A model generated the notes under the pieces. That model was not told the origin of the DNA. It searched no databases and saw only the letters and a program-made list of their open reading frames with translations. From Mizuhopecten yessoensis (lineage: Eukaryota), in contig NW_018407364.1 of assembly GCF_002113885.1 (NCBI RefSeq), forward strand, positions 555,224 to 619,223: a stretch of DNA of 64,000 bases, written 5' to 3'. Both the position numbers and the translations under genes were made by a program. Positions 1-11,633 of this stretch are shown one piece after another; position 1 is the first letter of the stretch, and each line of letters opens with the position of its first letter.

Positions 1-407
1 TAATCTATTATATGCCAATATGTCTTTTACAAACGAGCATGCCGACCATTCACGCAGAGAGTTAAGACTTATTTTTTTGAAACTTCCAGAGTAAAACAGG
101 TGTATGGAGTTGAGATACGTTGAAGAGGTTAGAAAATTTTGAATTGATATACATGTATGTACGGAGTAGCATATAAACAACTAATAACATGTACGTATAA
201 GACTAGTACTGTGAACTCATGTGTTGATGTAAAATATAACTTAAATTTTGAATTGATCTTGCTGGTTATATTTTCCGCCTGAGACTGAGTCATGAGAAAA
301 TATTTTCCTGGAATCAACTGTTTAATTCTTCCACATGTAAAACATGTTTATATTAAAATTAACATATGCACTTGATAGCCAGTTTGTTTGTTTGTATATT
401 CAATATA

Positions 408-596
408 GTCTAAGCGTGCAGTAAACTTTGAGCTCGTTGACAAGTTTTATCTTTATCATATCTTGTTTACAAAGTTACACAGCAATGTGCTATTAAAAGA
501 TGTCTAAGCGTGCAGTAAACTTTGAGCTCGTTGACAAGTTTTATCTTTATCATATCTTGTTTACAAAGTTACACAGCAATGTGCTATTACAAGATG
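408..596. repeat. Near-perfect 94-bp tandem duplication (2 copies)
   Basis: GTCTAAGCGTGCAG...TATTA(A/C)AAGATG at 408 and again at 502; one mismatch seen. Confidence 0.9.
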
Positions 597-1140
597 TTCT
601 TAGAAAATGATTGAAAACAGTTTAAATATGTTTATTGATATAAAATATATATATAGCTTTAATTTGATGATTGATTTACTGTTTATAATTTATAAAGAAT
701 ACTTCTGTACGGTAGGTAATCTACAAAAAAATCATGTTTACTCATTCGTTATTTTTTCCTGATATTTTCACTCGTATTTTTATTCACATCTGTTCTTTTA
801 TGTTACGTATTCATTCATTTAAACTCAATAAACTATTTAATTAAGTGAGTTCATATTTCTCGTCATCTTATCTTTTTTAGCACTTTCCCGATAATTATAC
901 ACAAAGTAACAACATCAAGTAAACACCAAAACAATACCGCAAAACTGAGAAACCGTCGTTTTTACTCATTGAACCTCTTTTTCATATTTTGGATTACTAA
1001 CAAAGCAAATTCATTTCACATAAACTGCAATTAAACACATTCAAAGACATTTGCATTCCGAATAAATTAAACAAGACGTCAGTTTTAACGTTTAGTCCGT
1101 CAGACAGCAACTGACGAGTTGCCATACGATCTAATATGCT

Positions 1141-1240
1141 GGATGGTCGGGTGCGCAGTAGATTGCGCACTTGCTTGTCAAAAAGACATCCGGACCGGGT
1201 TCGATTCCATCATTAGACGTGAAAAGGTATAAGGTAACCT
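1141..1240 (+). mobile_element. tRNA-derived SINE head (truncated; same family as 5617 and 53490)
   Basis: A-box-like GGTCGGGTGCGCAGTAG and B-box GGTTCGATTCC; aligns with the copies at 5617 and 53490. Confidence 0.7.
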
Positions 1241-1650
1241 AATGCTAGTTTTGGTATTTTTAGTTTCTCTAAACGCTCCGTATAGGATAAGTCTTTTAGG
1301 CCAGGTACCTATTTTATTGCTCCATGTTGAACATTTCCTATTGTTTCAATGTGTTTATCGTAATGAGGACGCAAGATCTGATTCTCATATTCAAAGTGTG
1401 GTCTAACTAAACAAATAGCAACCTATATAGCTAAAAGTCTCTATTGATTCATATATTCCATTGTTCTTCGTGGAACTCCCATAATGGGTGTACACTAACA
1501 CACATCCAGAATAGCCTCCAAAACACAGCGACAGATATAATCATAATGGATTTATAAAAACCTGTAATAAAACCACCTGCAAACTGCTGCAATACAAACC
1601 CAAATACTACGGGATAACAAGGAACACTATGCCAAGCCAACTTGACATTT

Positions 1651-1943
1651 ATTCAAGGAGCAATGTGGATTCCGAATTTCATTAAACTATATGAGATATT
1701 TGATATATAATTTTAGATATCTTGTATAGAGATTAAATGAGATGCTATATAAGATATCTCATTTTATTTATATATAAAAGACATATTACATAGTCTATAA
1801 TTAGATAAATTATATATTATATAAGATATCTCATATATATTGTATAACATATATCATATATCATATAAGATATATCATTTGCTATATAAGATATCTCATA
1901 TTGTTTGTTTTATGAAATTCGGGATCAACATTGCTCCTTGAAT
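1651..1943. mobile_element. MITE/foldback with ~37-bp terminal inverted repeats and GATATC-rich interior
   Basis: ATTCAAGGAGCAATGTGGATTCCGAATTTCATTAAAC vs reverse complement of the right end ATTCAAGGAGCAATGTTGATCCCGAATTTCATAAAAC. Confidence 0.7.
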
Positions 1944-2778
1944 CCATAGAACATTCACATGAATAACAAAAGACGGATGCTAATTTGGGCTTTCTGGTGA
2001 CTATCACCGATAAGTTTGATTTTACCGTCGAGATATGACACGAAATTAAGGTCAGATTGAAGACGTTTCCGAAAAACCTAATCATGGAATACAAAATATC
2101 GAAAAACTAGCACATTGTTGAGTTGATAAGTAGTGACATTGTTATATATTGGGTGCATCATGTCAACAATTCACACTATATTCTGCCTAAATACACATTA
2201 TAACTATACACTAATATTACCAAATTGTATTTATGGTATCGTAACCAAAATTGCTATAAACGTTTTTGTCAATAAAGCCAGACAAAGACTATTATTTCTG
2301 TTCGTACATGCAACAGTAGTTCGGTCAATTTGGATTTCCAACGTTTTTGGCCCCAACCATCACCGATAAGTCCTAGAAGACGAAACATCTGTTCTAAAGG
2401 TCCAATCACCTGTGTCGGTGTGGTTGCGTGTGAATTGTGTCTACCAGTGTTTCATCAAGTCCAGAACAACCTATCAATGCAATGATATTTAATTAAAATA
2501 CAGATATGCACACAAAAGTATTACATTCTTCGCGTCAAGATTGTATCAATTTTAGTTTTACATTTGCCGTAAATTGGTCCTTTTTTAGAACTATAAAAGC
2601 GCTGGTTATGAATCGTTCTGTATACATTGTAACATCTCAGTTCCATATAGAAATATGAAAAACCCAAAATGAAATCCAATAGATTGGTTGCCGTGTAGAA
2701 AATGTTCGGGCTTCTACCTTTCTTCAGTCTTAAAGGGGAATATATGCCTCAGTTATTGTTTCAAGACAAACGAAATTT

Positions 2779-2836
2779 CAGGGGTTACGCTCACTTTCGC
2801 TAATGCAGAGAGCGAAAGTGAGCGTAAGCTCTGGAT
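2779..2836. mobile_element. Internally deleted copy of the hAT-like MITE family (see 35589)
   Basis: CAGGGGTTACGCTCACTTTCGCT...AGCGAAAGTGAGCGTAAGCTCTG inverted repeat matches the TIR of the 35589 element. Confidence 0.65.
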
Positions 2837-2979
2837 GATCAATCTGTAAACATGTGACGTCGCCATAATGCTAACATTTACTATGTCACGGTAGTGTTAC
2901 TGTTAGTATTATTTGTACGCTAATGAGCGATATCGGTGGTTGGTCCCAAGGTTTCAAGATTTATTTTACACTTACGCCA

Positions 2980-3130
2980 CACGTATTCCGTCTTTGCGAG
3001 TTATCTTCTCTTGGGAGCAGGTATTGATTGTTTCGTCACTTGTTTGTGAGAGTAACGTCATCAATTTTTGATAAAACGACGTAATTCCCAAGAGAAGATA
3101 ACTCTGCAATACGCAAAGACGGAATACGTG
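2980..3130. mobile_element. MITE with inverted termini (probably Tc1/mariner-type, TA-flanked)
   Basis: CACGTATTCCGTCTTTGCG...GAGTTATCTTCTCTTGGGA vs TCCCAAGAGAAGATAACTC...CGCAAAGACGGAATACGTG. Confidence 0.65.
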
Positions 3131-3796
3131 CGTAACAATAGGTCAAATATTACATAGTACATGTACACATTGATGAACATAGTACACACATTTTACGACA
3201 TATGATACAATATATATAACAACATATTTAAATAATTATTGCATATAACCTTAATTTAGATATTAAGTAGCTTCATTACTTTTTGTATAAATCTACTTAC
3301 TTTTGTTACATTTAAAAGTACCGACTACCGTGTTTAAAACATATTGAGAACAAATGACAAATACTACACTAATCACTGACTTCCGTGTACGTTACTCGGT
3401 CGACGCTTTACTTACTACGTGGAATTTATAACAGATGGGCAGTATTTGTATGTCCGTACGTCATTATATCTATATAAAATCATGTAATCAATGATTCGAC
3501 CTTGTACATTCTTATACGTGATTATTAAACCATCATTCCAGAATCAGACAGAATATTCCTGGAAGTTGCGCTGACTTGTAAATAGATTAAAGTCTGCTGA
3601 GCGTATTGATTTGTTATCGCTGTGTTACACAGCCTTAGCATTATATAGCGACACGCATACGGAAAAACCATTTCTACTTTCGATTTCAGTATATTTAACA
3701 GGAACACTTTGTTCTATAGCTTCAGTTCCCGTTATCCAGACAAAACTCGACGAAGAAATCATAATTTGATTCTCGAATTTTCATCTTCAAAAAAAT

Positions 3797-4145
3797 ATGG
3801 ATTTTAACTGGACTATTGGTTTGGAGAATTTAACTGTAACCATAGTTATTTTCTTACTTATCTTGCTGGTCATTCGGTCATTACAAAGTCCGTCCAATAT
3901 CCCGCCCGGTCCAACTGGCTATCCAGTGCTAGGATGCATTCCTTTGATGCGGAAGGGGAACGTACTCGAGATATTTCAGAACCTCCGAACACAGTACGGT
4001 GACGTGTTCAGTATCAAACTAGGTTCTAACTTCACGGTCGTCATCAATGGAGTAGACGCGCTCAACGAAGCGTTCGTGAAAAATGCCGATCGCTTTTCAG
4101 ACAGACCAGACAACTTCGCTGTGCCATCCATTTTACGTGGAAAAG
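3797..4145 (+). CDS. Cytochrome P450, CYP2 clan, coding exon 1 of 4
   Basis: ATG 3797; N-terminal membrane anchor, IPPGPTGYPVLG proline hinge, YGDVFSIKLG, FSDRP; phase-1 donor G|GTTTGT at 4146. Confidence 0.93.
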
Positions 4146-4523
4146 GTTTGTTGACTCCTTTGTTTGTTATATTGATATCTGTATTTATACGCAGCATGAC
4201 CTGTCTCTATTGACGCCTGAATAATCTTGTCATCTGAGTAAACCGGACACCTGGCGTGACCGTGACACCTTTGGGCATGCGTACCGTTATAGCTTCTAAA
4301 TCTATTCTTAAAAATAGGGGGTTCGAGGCCATGACGCGTGGTTAGATCGTTTTAGGGACGAAGGTCATAACAGTGATTTCCATGAATTGATTTTTGAAAA
4401 TTTCATTACAAAATGCAATTGATATTACAATCTTGAAATTGTTGAAAGGATTTGTGTATTCATAGTCATAGAATCTTCACTTACTTAAGTAACAGCTAGA
4501 CCATTGGTTTCGTGGCTACTTTG

Positions 4524-4582
4524 GGAGTAGAGGCTCAACGAAGCGTTCGTTCGCTTTTCAGACAGAACAGACAACTTTGCTG
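4524..4582 (+). pseudogene. Degenerate partial copy of CYP exon 1 (4049-4121) inside intron 1
   Basis: GGAGTAGAGGCTCAACGAAGCGTTCGTTCGCTTTTCAGACAGAACAGACAACTTTGCTG matches exon 1 with two small deletions and a few substitutions. Confidence 0.8.
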
Positions 4583-5616
4583 GTCACTACAAAGTTCGTC
4601 CAAAATCCCAAATCTAGTTCGCTGCTGACGGTCTTGGGTAACAGTTCTCCAGGCCTTTCCAGCCATCTCAGGATAACAAAAGAATTCCCTTTTTTTCTAA
4701 ATATCCGAAAGAAAACGGTATTTTTAACTGTGCCTATGAAAGGCGCCTTTAATCGTCAAATGCTTTTTATCAATCATATTAGACGAAGATGCATGTGCTT
4801 CGTTGTGGTTAGGCTATTTATTTCAGACGAGACGAATGTCACTAAAAACAATGTGATCTATTTTGTGTACTTATGAAACCGTGTATTAACCGATAAAAAC
4901 TGATTTTATTTCATTCTTATTTTTATTTTTATTTTTTTTTATAATTGGCTTGTTTCAAGGAAGATCATATATCATTTGAACTTCTATACCAGGTGTGACT
5001 TCAAATACATGCGTACTAAATCCACTTTTGATCCTCGCATGTATTTTAACACTTAATAAAGTGACCGGAGAATCACATTGCATGAAACAGCTGCGAACAC
5101 ACAATACCTGTATCTTACTTCCCCGTAGCAGACTAAACAGAGCTGTTTTTAATGACACGCCTATGACAATTCCTTGGTTATTTTGGTTTCGGTTTAGACA
5201 TTCTCAACGGTTATAATGGTATTAGAAGAAAAAATTGACTCCGAATCACATAAACTTTGTTTTGACGAAATGCACGGTTTAAAGTAGTTTCTAGAAGACT
5301 TGACTCAAGTCTAGCGTCACACATATATATATGTACTACAGTACCCTTTTATTTAAAGTCACACGTCCTTAACTTATCTCGAAGATAAATATAGATTTCG
5401 GGAATACACACATTACAATATAATGCGACGTTTCTTTGCTTACTTGCTGCATTTCATTAGCGATTGAACGAAATGAAAGTAATCACAAAACCACTGCAAC
5501 ATTTTTAAACACAGCAAAACCCGTCTAATCTGAAAATCCAGCAGAATATAGTAATTCTATTTTTCATGAAAATTATTACAAACAACGACCTTTAATTCTG
5601 CCATACGATTATCGCT

Positions 5617-5764
5617 GGATGGTCGGGTGCGCAGTAGATTGCGCACTTGCTTTTCAAAAAGACATCCGGGCCGGGTTCGATTACATAATTGGACGTGAAA
5701 AGGTATAAGATAACCTACCCGACCATGTGGGTTTTCTCCGGGCATTCCGGTTTCCTTTCACATT
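5617..5764 (+). mobile_element. tRNA-derived SINE with V-type central domain
   Basis: tRNA-like head followed by TGGGTTTTCTCCGGGCATTCCGGTTTCC, the V-SINE core motif. Confidence 0.75.
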
Positions 5765-6054
5765 CAGATATACTATCCGGTTAAAACAGTAATTGATATA
5801 AATCGGACAGCATTTTTTACTGTACTTATAACAGTAATACAAAAAAAAAGTGTAATATTGAATGCCTGCGATGAGTCTTTAATTGATTGACCAAAGCTGA
5901 TACACGTTTCGTATTTTGTTTAGGGAACCATGCATCGGAAACATTTTCCAGCTTGACTATAGCTTTGATAAACCATTTTGGAAACGAATAGCTTATCCTA
6001 CGGAACTTTCGTGAAAAACATAATAATGAAATAAACAAACAAATGTGCTCTGAA

Positions 6055-6131
6055 TGTAAAACATACAACAGGTTCATAGCAGGATTCGAACCCGTGACCT
6101 CAGATCAATATCCTGACCTAGTCGCGCTACA
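6055..6131 (-). mobile_element. Degenerate tRNA-derived fragment (SINE head or tRNA-type LTR relic)
   Basis: GGATTCGAACC (B-box on minus strand) at 6082-6092, preceded by TGTAA as in the tRNA-LTR elements elsewhere in the window. Confidence 0.35.
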
Positions 6132-6722
6132 GTAACATCCAAAACGAAATGTTAGGGGGTAACTATATATGTATGTGTACCTGAAACTGTAATAGAACTC
6201 TCCAGCGTTTTGCCTGCAATGGGATAGGAATCCTTAAACCTTGTGCAAAAGACGATTAACATCAGACTTTAGGCCAATGACTAAAGATGTATATGATCTG
6301 TTGACGTCACACTACATATCGTTTAGTGCGATTTCGTGTTTCAAATTCACTGAAATTCGTTTGAATGTTCTGATTTTTAACTTGATTCCGTGAAGAAGTT
6401 ATGTTCTCTGAACGGCTGTATTAGGTGTGTTCTAAAATTAATGCGTAATAAATTCACAATCGATCTCCGTGCGAATTTTCACACTAAATAAGCTTAAGTA
6501 ACTTAACTGGAAATGCATATTGACTGATACAACTAAAACAGGAAACGCCTGCTCAATATCTTCCGTCATAGAGTACACAATAATTGTAGTGCCATTTCCC
6601 GTGGCAGACTGAATAATACAATTGGGTTTTTTCAATGACACACCTACACAATTCTTGAGTAATTTTGGTTTCGGTTTAGCCACCGTTCATGTTTTTATTT
6701 ATCAAACCTATTTGATTCCTTT

Positions 6723-7047
6723 ATTATGAAATGTTTCTTGTTGCACAATCAATACGTGTTTCTACGTGACGTTTCGATGACTAACTAGTACGGTATGTAC
6801 TCTGTATTCTTCAGCAGACAAATGACCAGTGAAGCGTATGCACACAAAGGTGAAAAATGTGTACGAGTTGTCCTCAAATCGATGGCATAGGGCCATGGGC
6901 TCATAGACTCTCGACATCGATTTGTAGAAAACTCGAACATATCACTGGTCATTTGTCTGATGAACTTGACAGAGTACATACCGTACTAGTCATCGAAACG
7001 TCACATAGAAACACTTATCGGTTGTGTAACAAGAAACTTATTATAAT
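6723..7047. mobile_element. Long inverted repeat (~110-bp outer arms plus inner arms) with hammerhead-like motif; Penelope-like relic
   Basis: 6723-6832 is the reverse complement of 6942-7047 with scattered mismatches; CTGATGA at 6957 and GAAACGTC at 6995. Confidence 0.7.
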
Positions 7048-7395
7048 CCATACTTACCAACCTGAAGAAAATGTTTAGAAATATTTGATTCCTTGTACAC
7101 ATATAATTTCTTTTGACAAAAAAGGGAGGAGAGCAGTTTCTGGAGGGTTTAATCTTGTCTCACGTCACCTGTATAGCTATTTATACGCTATCCCTCCATC
7201 AATAGTCACGCGTCTTCAACTTATCTCATTTGTATAGAGTACATACATTTATAGAATTCGGCAATACACATAACTCATATAGTAACAGAATGTGTACAAT
7301 TGCATACGAAGTGCGATTACGCTTGTAAAAATACACACGTAGTCACACTGAATTTACAATAAGAGACAGACAACCATATTTATCGGTTATTTTCA

Positions 7396-7595
7396 GGGGC
7401 CGCGGTGGCCAAGTGGAATGAAGGCGTTTGCCATTCTGCTTCCAATAGCCCTCCACCATGCACTGGGTCGCGCGTAGGTCGGTGGTTTTTCTCCGGGAAC
7501 TCCGGCTTTCCTCCACCACCAAAACCTGGCACGTCATTTAATGACCATAGCTGTTGATAGGACGTAAAACACAAACAAACCAAACCAAGCCAAAA
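7396..7595 (+). mobile_element. SINE with tRNA head, V-like core, (CAAAC)n tail and 9-bp TSD
   Basis: GGGGCCGCGGTGGCCAAGTGG head; GGTTTTTCTCCGGGAACTCCGGCTTTCCTCCAC core; TSD TTATTTTCA at 7387-7395 and 7596-7604. Confidence 0.85.
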
Positions 7596-7918
7596 TTATT
7601 TTCAACACTTAACCCTGTTCTTTGTTTGTTAAAGTTAATGTTACAGTTAAACCATTGTTATTTGTTATAATAGAAAAAGTTCAACATTATTTTTTATAAA
7701 ACGCTTTCATTTTACCCTCAATAATGTTATAATGAAGTTTCTGTATTTTTGTTCTTGAGCCACTTTCGGGTAAAGAACAAATGAAGTATGAGCTGTGAAA
7801 AAAAACATAAAATATTTCCTTCTCAAAAAAACAGATGCTGGGAAACCAGACGGATTAGGGAATACTTTCATAACAATATAATCTTATACATTATGTTTTT
7901 AATCTTTTTATTTAATAG

Positions 7919-8434
7919 GGATCGGAGCGTCTTCCGGTGAACACTGGAAACTAACGCGGACCTTCTCTCTGTTGACACTTCGAGGTTTCGGGTTCGGTAG
8001 AAAAATCCTGGAATCAAAAGTGAAGGAAGAGGTCACAGCCTTCTTGGATGTCATTGAAAAGCAAAAAGGACAACCTTATGACGTCAAGGAACTTATTCTC
8101 ATATCTGTTTCTAATATCATATGCAGCATTGCTTTCGGAAATAGATACGAATACACCGACGCAAAATTCAAGCGTCTGACTGCCCTGCTGAATGAGAACT
8201 TCCGGTTAAATACGGTCGCTGGTGCGATTCGGCAGTTACCATGGCTACGGTTCCTGCCCGGAGATGTATTCAGCATTAAGAAGTTTCATAGGAACGGTGC
8301 ACAGGTTAAAGAGTTTGCGAACGGTCAAATAGCTGATCACCGAGAGACGTTTGATGAAAACAATCCGAGAGATTTTATTGACGTCTTTCTCCAACAACAG
8401 AGTAAAGCTGGCCGGGATCATCCCATTTTTGAAG
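7919..8434 (+). CDS. Cytochrome P450, CYP2 clan, coding exon 2 of 4
   Basis: Acceptor TTTAATAG| then GIGASSGEHWKLTR (WxxxR helix C motif), LRGFGFGR, PRDFIDVFL; phase-1 donor at 8435. Confidence 0.93.
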
Positions 8435-8726
8435 GTACTGTGCCTTGATCTCAGTTCAAAGAAAAGCTAAGTTGGATTTTTAATACAACAGGTTGCATTA
8501 ATTTGTTGGTAAATACAAAACCGAACAAAAATTAACCATTTCCGTAAATATTTGAAGCAATAAACAAGGATGTTTTTAATTGTATCTTTGAAGGAGGGCG
8601 ATTAAAATCATGAAATATAGCAAAGTTATATACATTATGATAGCAAATAAAATAATATTACTAGATAACAGAGAGTATTTCTATTTTCGTTTGAATCCAG
8701 TTGAGTTTATCTTTACTGTTTTTCAG

Positions 8727-9170
8727 ACGCCAACCTGGCAGCTATAATTAAGGATCTCTTTTCGGCTGGGACTGAAACAACTTCCGCCATGATTCGATGG
8801 GCGATACTTTACCTCATTCACAACAGACCTGTCCAGGACAAACTCCGACATGAGGTAGCGACTGTGGTCGGGACGTCCAGACTTCCGTCACTAGACGACA
8901 AAGCCTCCATGCCTTACTACGAGGCGTTTATAATGGAAGTTCTTCGGATGGGCAACATTGCACCATTGTCTGTGGGTCATGGAGCCAGAACGGACATTCA
9001 CTTCCGGGGCATGATGATTCCAAGAGGGTCGATCATAATTCCTAACCTTAACTCCGTCATGACCGATCCGGACCTGTTTGAGGATCCTCAGAAGTTCAAT
9101 CCAGACAGATTTCTCGGAAAGGACGGACGCGTCATAGACAGGAAAAAGATGGCTATCGCTTTCTCATTAG
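8727..9170 (+). CDS. Cytochrome P450, CYP2 clan, coding exon 3 of 4
   Basis: Acceptor TTTTCAG|; DLFSAGTETTS (I helix), EVLR (ExxR), FNPDRF (PERF), ends FSLG; phase-1 donor GTAATG at 9171. Confidence 0.94.
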
Positions 9171-9805
9171 GTAATGGACGTTATTTTGCATGAGTGTCTG
9201 TAGTATATTGAATACATTATACAAGGTTAAAACATAACTGTATCATAAGCATTTTGGGGAATTATACTAGCAGTTATTCAACGAGTTGTAAGGAATTTTA
9301 AGAAAAACATGGTCATGACTATGAATTCATTACCGTATTTAAGTTTTGTTACACAATCATCTTCATATATATTTGCGTGATGATACAATAGAAAACTAAA
9401 TAGCTTTCCCTTTATCAAAAACGCTCTAAGAATAGATACAGTAGATGTTGTTCACTGAGCAATAAGTCAGTCGTCAAAATAAGCAATTCCGAAAATCAAA
9501 TCAGAAATACGGTCACCAGACGGTTAATGTTTATAATTCTACAACATTGGCGGTGAAACGACACTTATTCATGTAATATTGAACAACTGACACACGGGTG
9601 CATGTTCTATTTGGCCAAATAGACCATGAAAGTCTCTTCCAAAAGCCTCCCGCGTATTGCAAATGTGAATTGTCTTGACAAAGAGTGTTCGTTCACTTAC
9701 GACATATGTGCCCGAGATAATCTTTGAACACACTAGTTACTTTTTTTATAAGACGCCTATTGTGCCAGGGACAATCTTTTATTTAACTTTAAGTGTTTAT
9801 TACAG

Positions 9806-9987
9806 GACGACGAATGTGCTTGGGACAATCTCTGGCGAAGATAGAACTGTTTCTATTCATCACGGCTTTAATACAGAGGTTTGAGTTTCTACCGGAAAAC
9901 CCAGACCGGCTCCCACCACTCGAAGGCGTCGTGGGATTGTCTAGGACACCAAAACCATACAAATTCCGGGCTGTAACTCTGAACTGA
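9806..9987 (+). CDS. Cytochrome P450, CYP2 clan, coding exon 4 of 4
   Basis: Acceptor TTACAG| completes heme motif FSLGRRMCLG; TGA 9985-9987. Exons sum to 1491 nt = 496 aa plus stop. Confidence 0.94.
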
Positions 9988-10266
9988 AGTATGTGTCGAA
10001 ATATATGGTGTTGGAAATTGTTTTATTCATGATTCATTACAAATGTATGTTATTACTGTTAATTTAGCTTTAGTTAAGCTCATATTTTTCTTGTGATATG
10101 GATAGTTTACGTATATATGCATTGCAAGGGAGATAACTCTTACACTTGCCCCATCCTACTGTGATTGACCTCATTATGATTTTTAATGCCGGTCTTGATG
10201 CGGCGTTTTTTTGAAATACTCTTTCACTTTAAAATTTTCGATAAAAAAAATATTCTTGATACTACA

Positions 10267-10277
10267 AATAAAATAAA
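10267..10277 (+). promoter_or_regulatory. Candidate CYP polyadenylation signal (overlapping AATAAA pair)
   Basis: AATAAAATAAA about 280 nt after the stop codon; the AT-rich background makes this uncertain. Confidence 0.4.
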
Positions 10278-10981
10278 TCGCCTTTCGTATGATTTTTGAC
10301 TCTGTAACAATTTATAACTTACAAAAATCATTCGTGTAATTTCTGGTTCCTCAAAAGAATAATTATGAGTTCTCGAATTTAAGCAACTTGATGCTAATAT
10401 AATTACTAAATCAGGAAATGGTACTTGTTTGTTGATATGTTGTTTTCGGCTTTGTAGTTAAACAACATCCTTACTGCCAAAGGTATTGGATTCAGACGAA
10501 AAATGTTATTAATTATTGTTGATATCAGACACTGTTTTTACACCAGTGAACAATGAAGGTGCTGTGCGATCTGATGATGGCGTTGGACATATGCTACTTG
10601 TGATATTTTCTATGCCAGTAGTAATAGTCAGAAGATGTAGGAATAGTTACAGTATTAGCTTTGTCACTCGATTCTACTCTTTTCTATCATATTTCTTCTT
10701 TTTTTTTTTTTTTGCATTGCTATATCACTAGCTCTTTTACCCCTATTTATTTCTAGTAAACCCTACCATGCAATGATCTGGATGAGTCCATTATGGTCTA
10801 CAGTGGTGAAAGGGTAAAATAATCGACCATACTCCTGTTGCAGTTCACCCTCAATCGTCCCTTCGTTCTTCGTTTAGTTTCTATCGTGATAGAGCTGTTC
10901 AAAAAGCAATATGAGATGTTGAACTGGCCTTTTATTCACTTCTATCAACACGATACACTTAGATTGTTTCACTCATTAGAT

Positions 10982-11202
10982 CACAGGGACCTGAGAATTT
11001 GTTACAGCTATATTTGGACCCAAACTAATGTGCTTAGAGAATGTACACGTTTTGGGGGTTTAGATCAATTTTCGGAAAAAATGCGACCCCGTATGCGTGG
11101 CAGTTTTACTTAAAATTTGTCTAACCCCCAACCCCCAACCCCCACCCCACCCCCAAACGTGTATATTTACTTAAAGCATAAACAAATGCTCAGGTCCCTG
11201 TG
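10982..11202. mobile_element. MITE, CACAGGGACCTGA-TIR family
   Basis: CACAGGGACCTGAGAATTTGTT...AACAAATGCTCAGGTCCCTGTG; AT on both flanks. Confidence 0.8.
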
Positions 11203-11633
11203 ATTGGACGATTTCGAAAACAACAGAGCATCATGGAAATGTAAATCAATGGCCTCCATGTTAAATTGCTTTTCAAGAAGTGAAACAAAAACATGCTTCA
11301 TGCTAATATGTGTGGTCGATCCTGAAAACCTTGTTAGACAATTGATAAACGCAAAGCTGTATCTTATGAACAAAACTGTTGAAAAACAGGGAAATTGCGT
11401 TGGTAAACTGGATCGTGTCAACAGCATGAACAAATGTTGTACGATGACGTCACATGGAATGACGCTCAGTTTTAGAATATAATTAAGTTTACGAAATCGT
11501 CCATTACTATGTCATATTTGCGATTTAATTTGATTTTTCGTATTACTTTCGTGATTCAAATCCTGTTAAATTGCTGATTAAGATTTATAACTATATTACC
11601 AATGTTATATTTATGTTGTCGTTATTGATGTAT

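Noticed and set aside
2424-2430. XRE-like TTGCGTG upstream of the CYP gene (others at ~4252 and ~9373)
   Set aside because: Short motif expected by chance; no cluster, and the gene is not CYP1-like.
4146-4213. ORF-track extensions of CYP and thymosin ORFs past their donors
   Set aside because: Family similarity stops exactly at GT donors and resumes in later exons.
11123-11156. Telomere-like AACCCC run
   Set aside because: Short, irregular C-run expansion inside a MITE, not a TTAGGG array.
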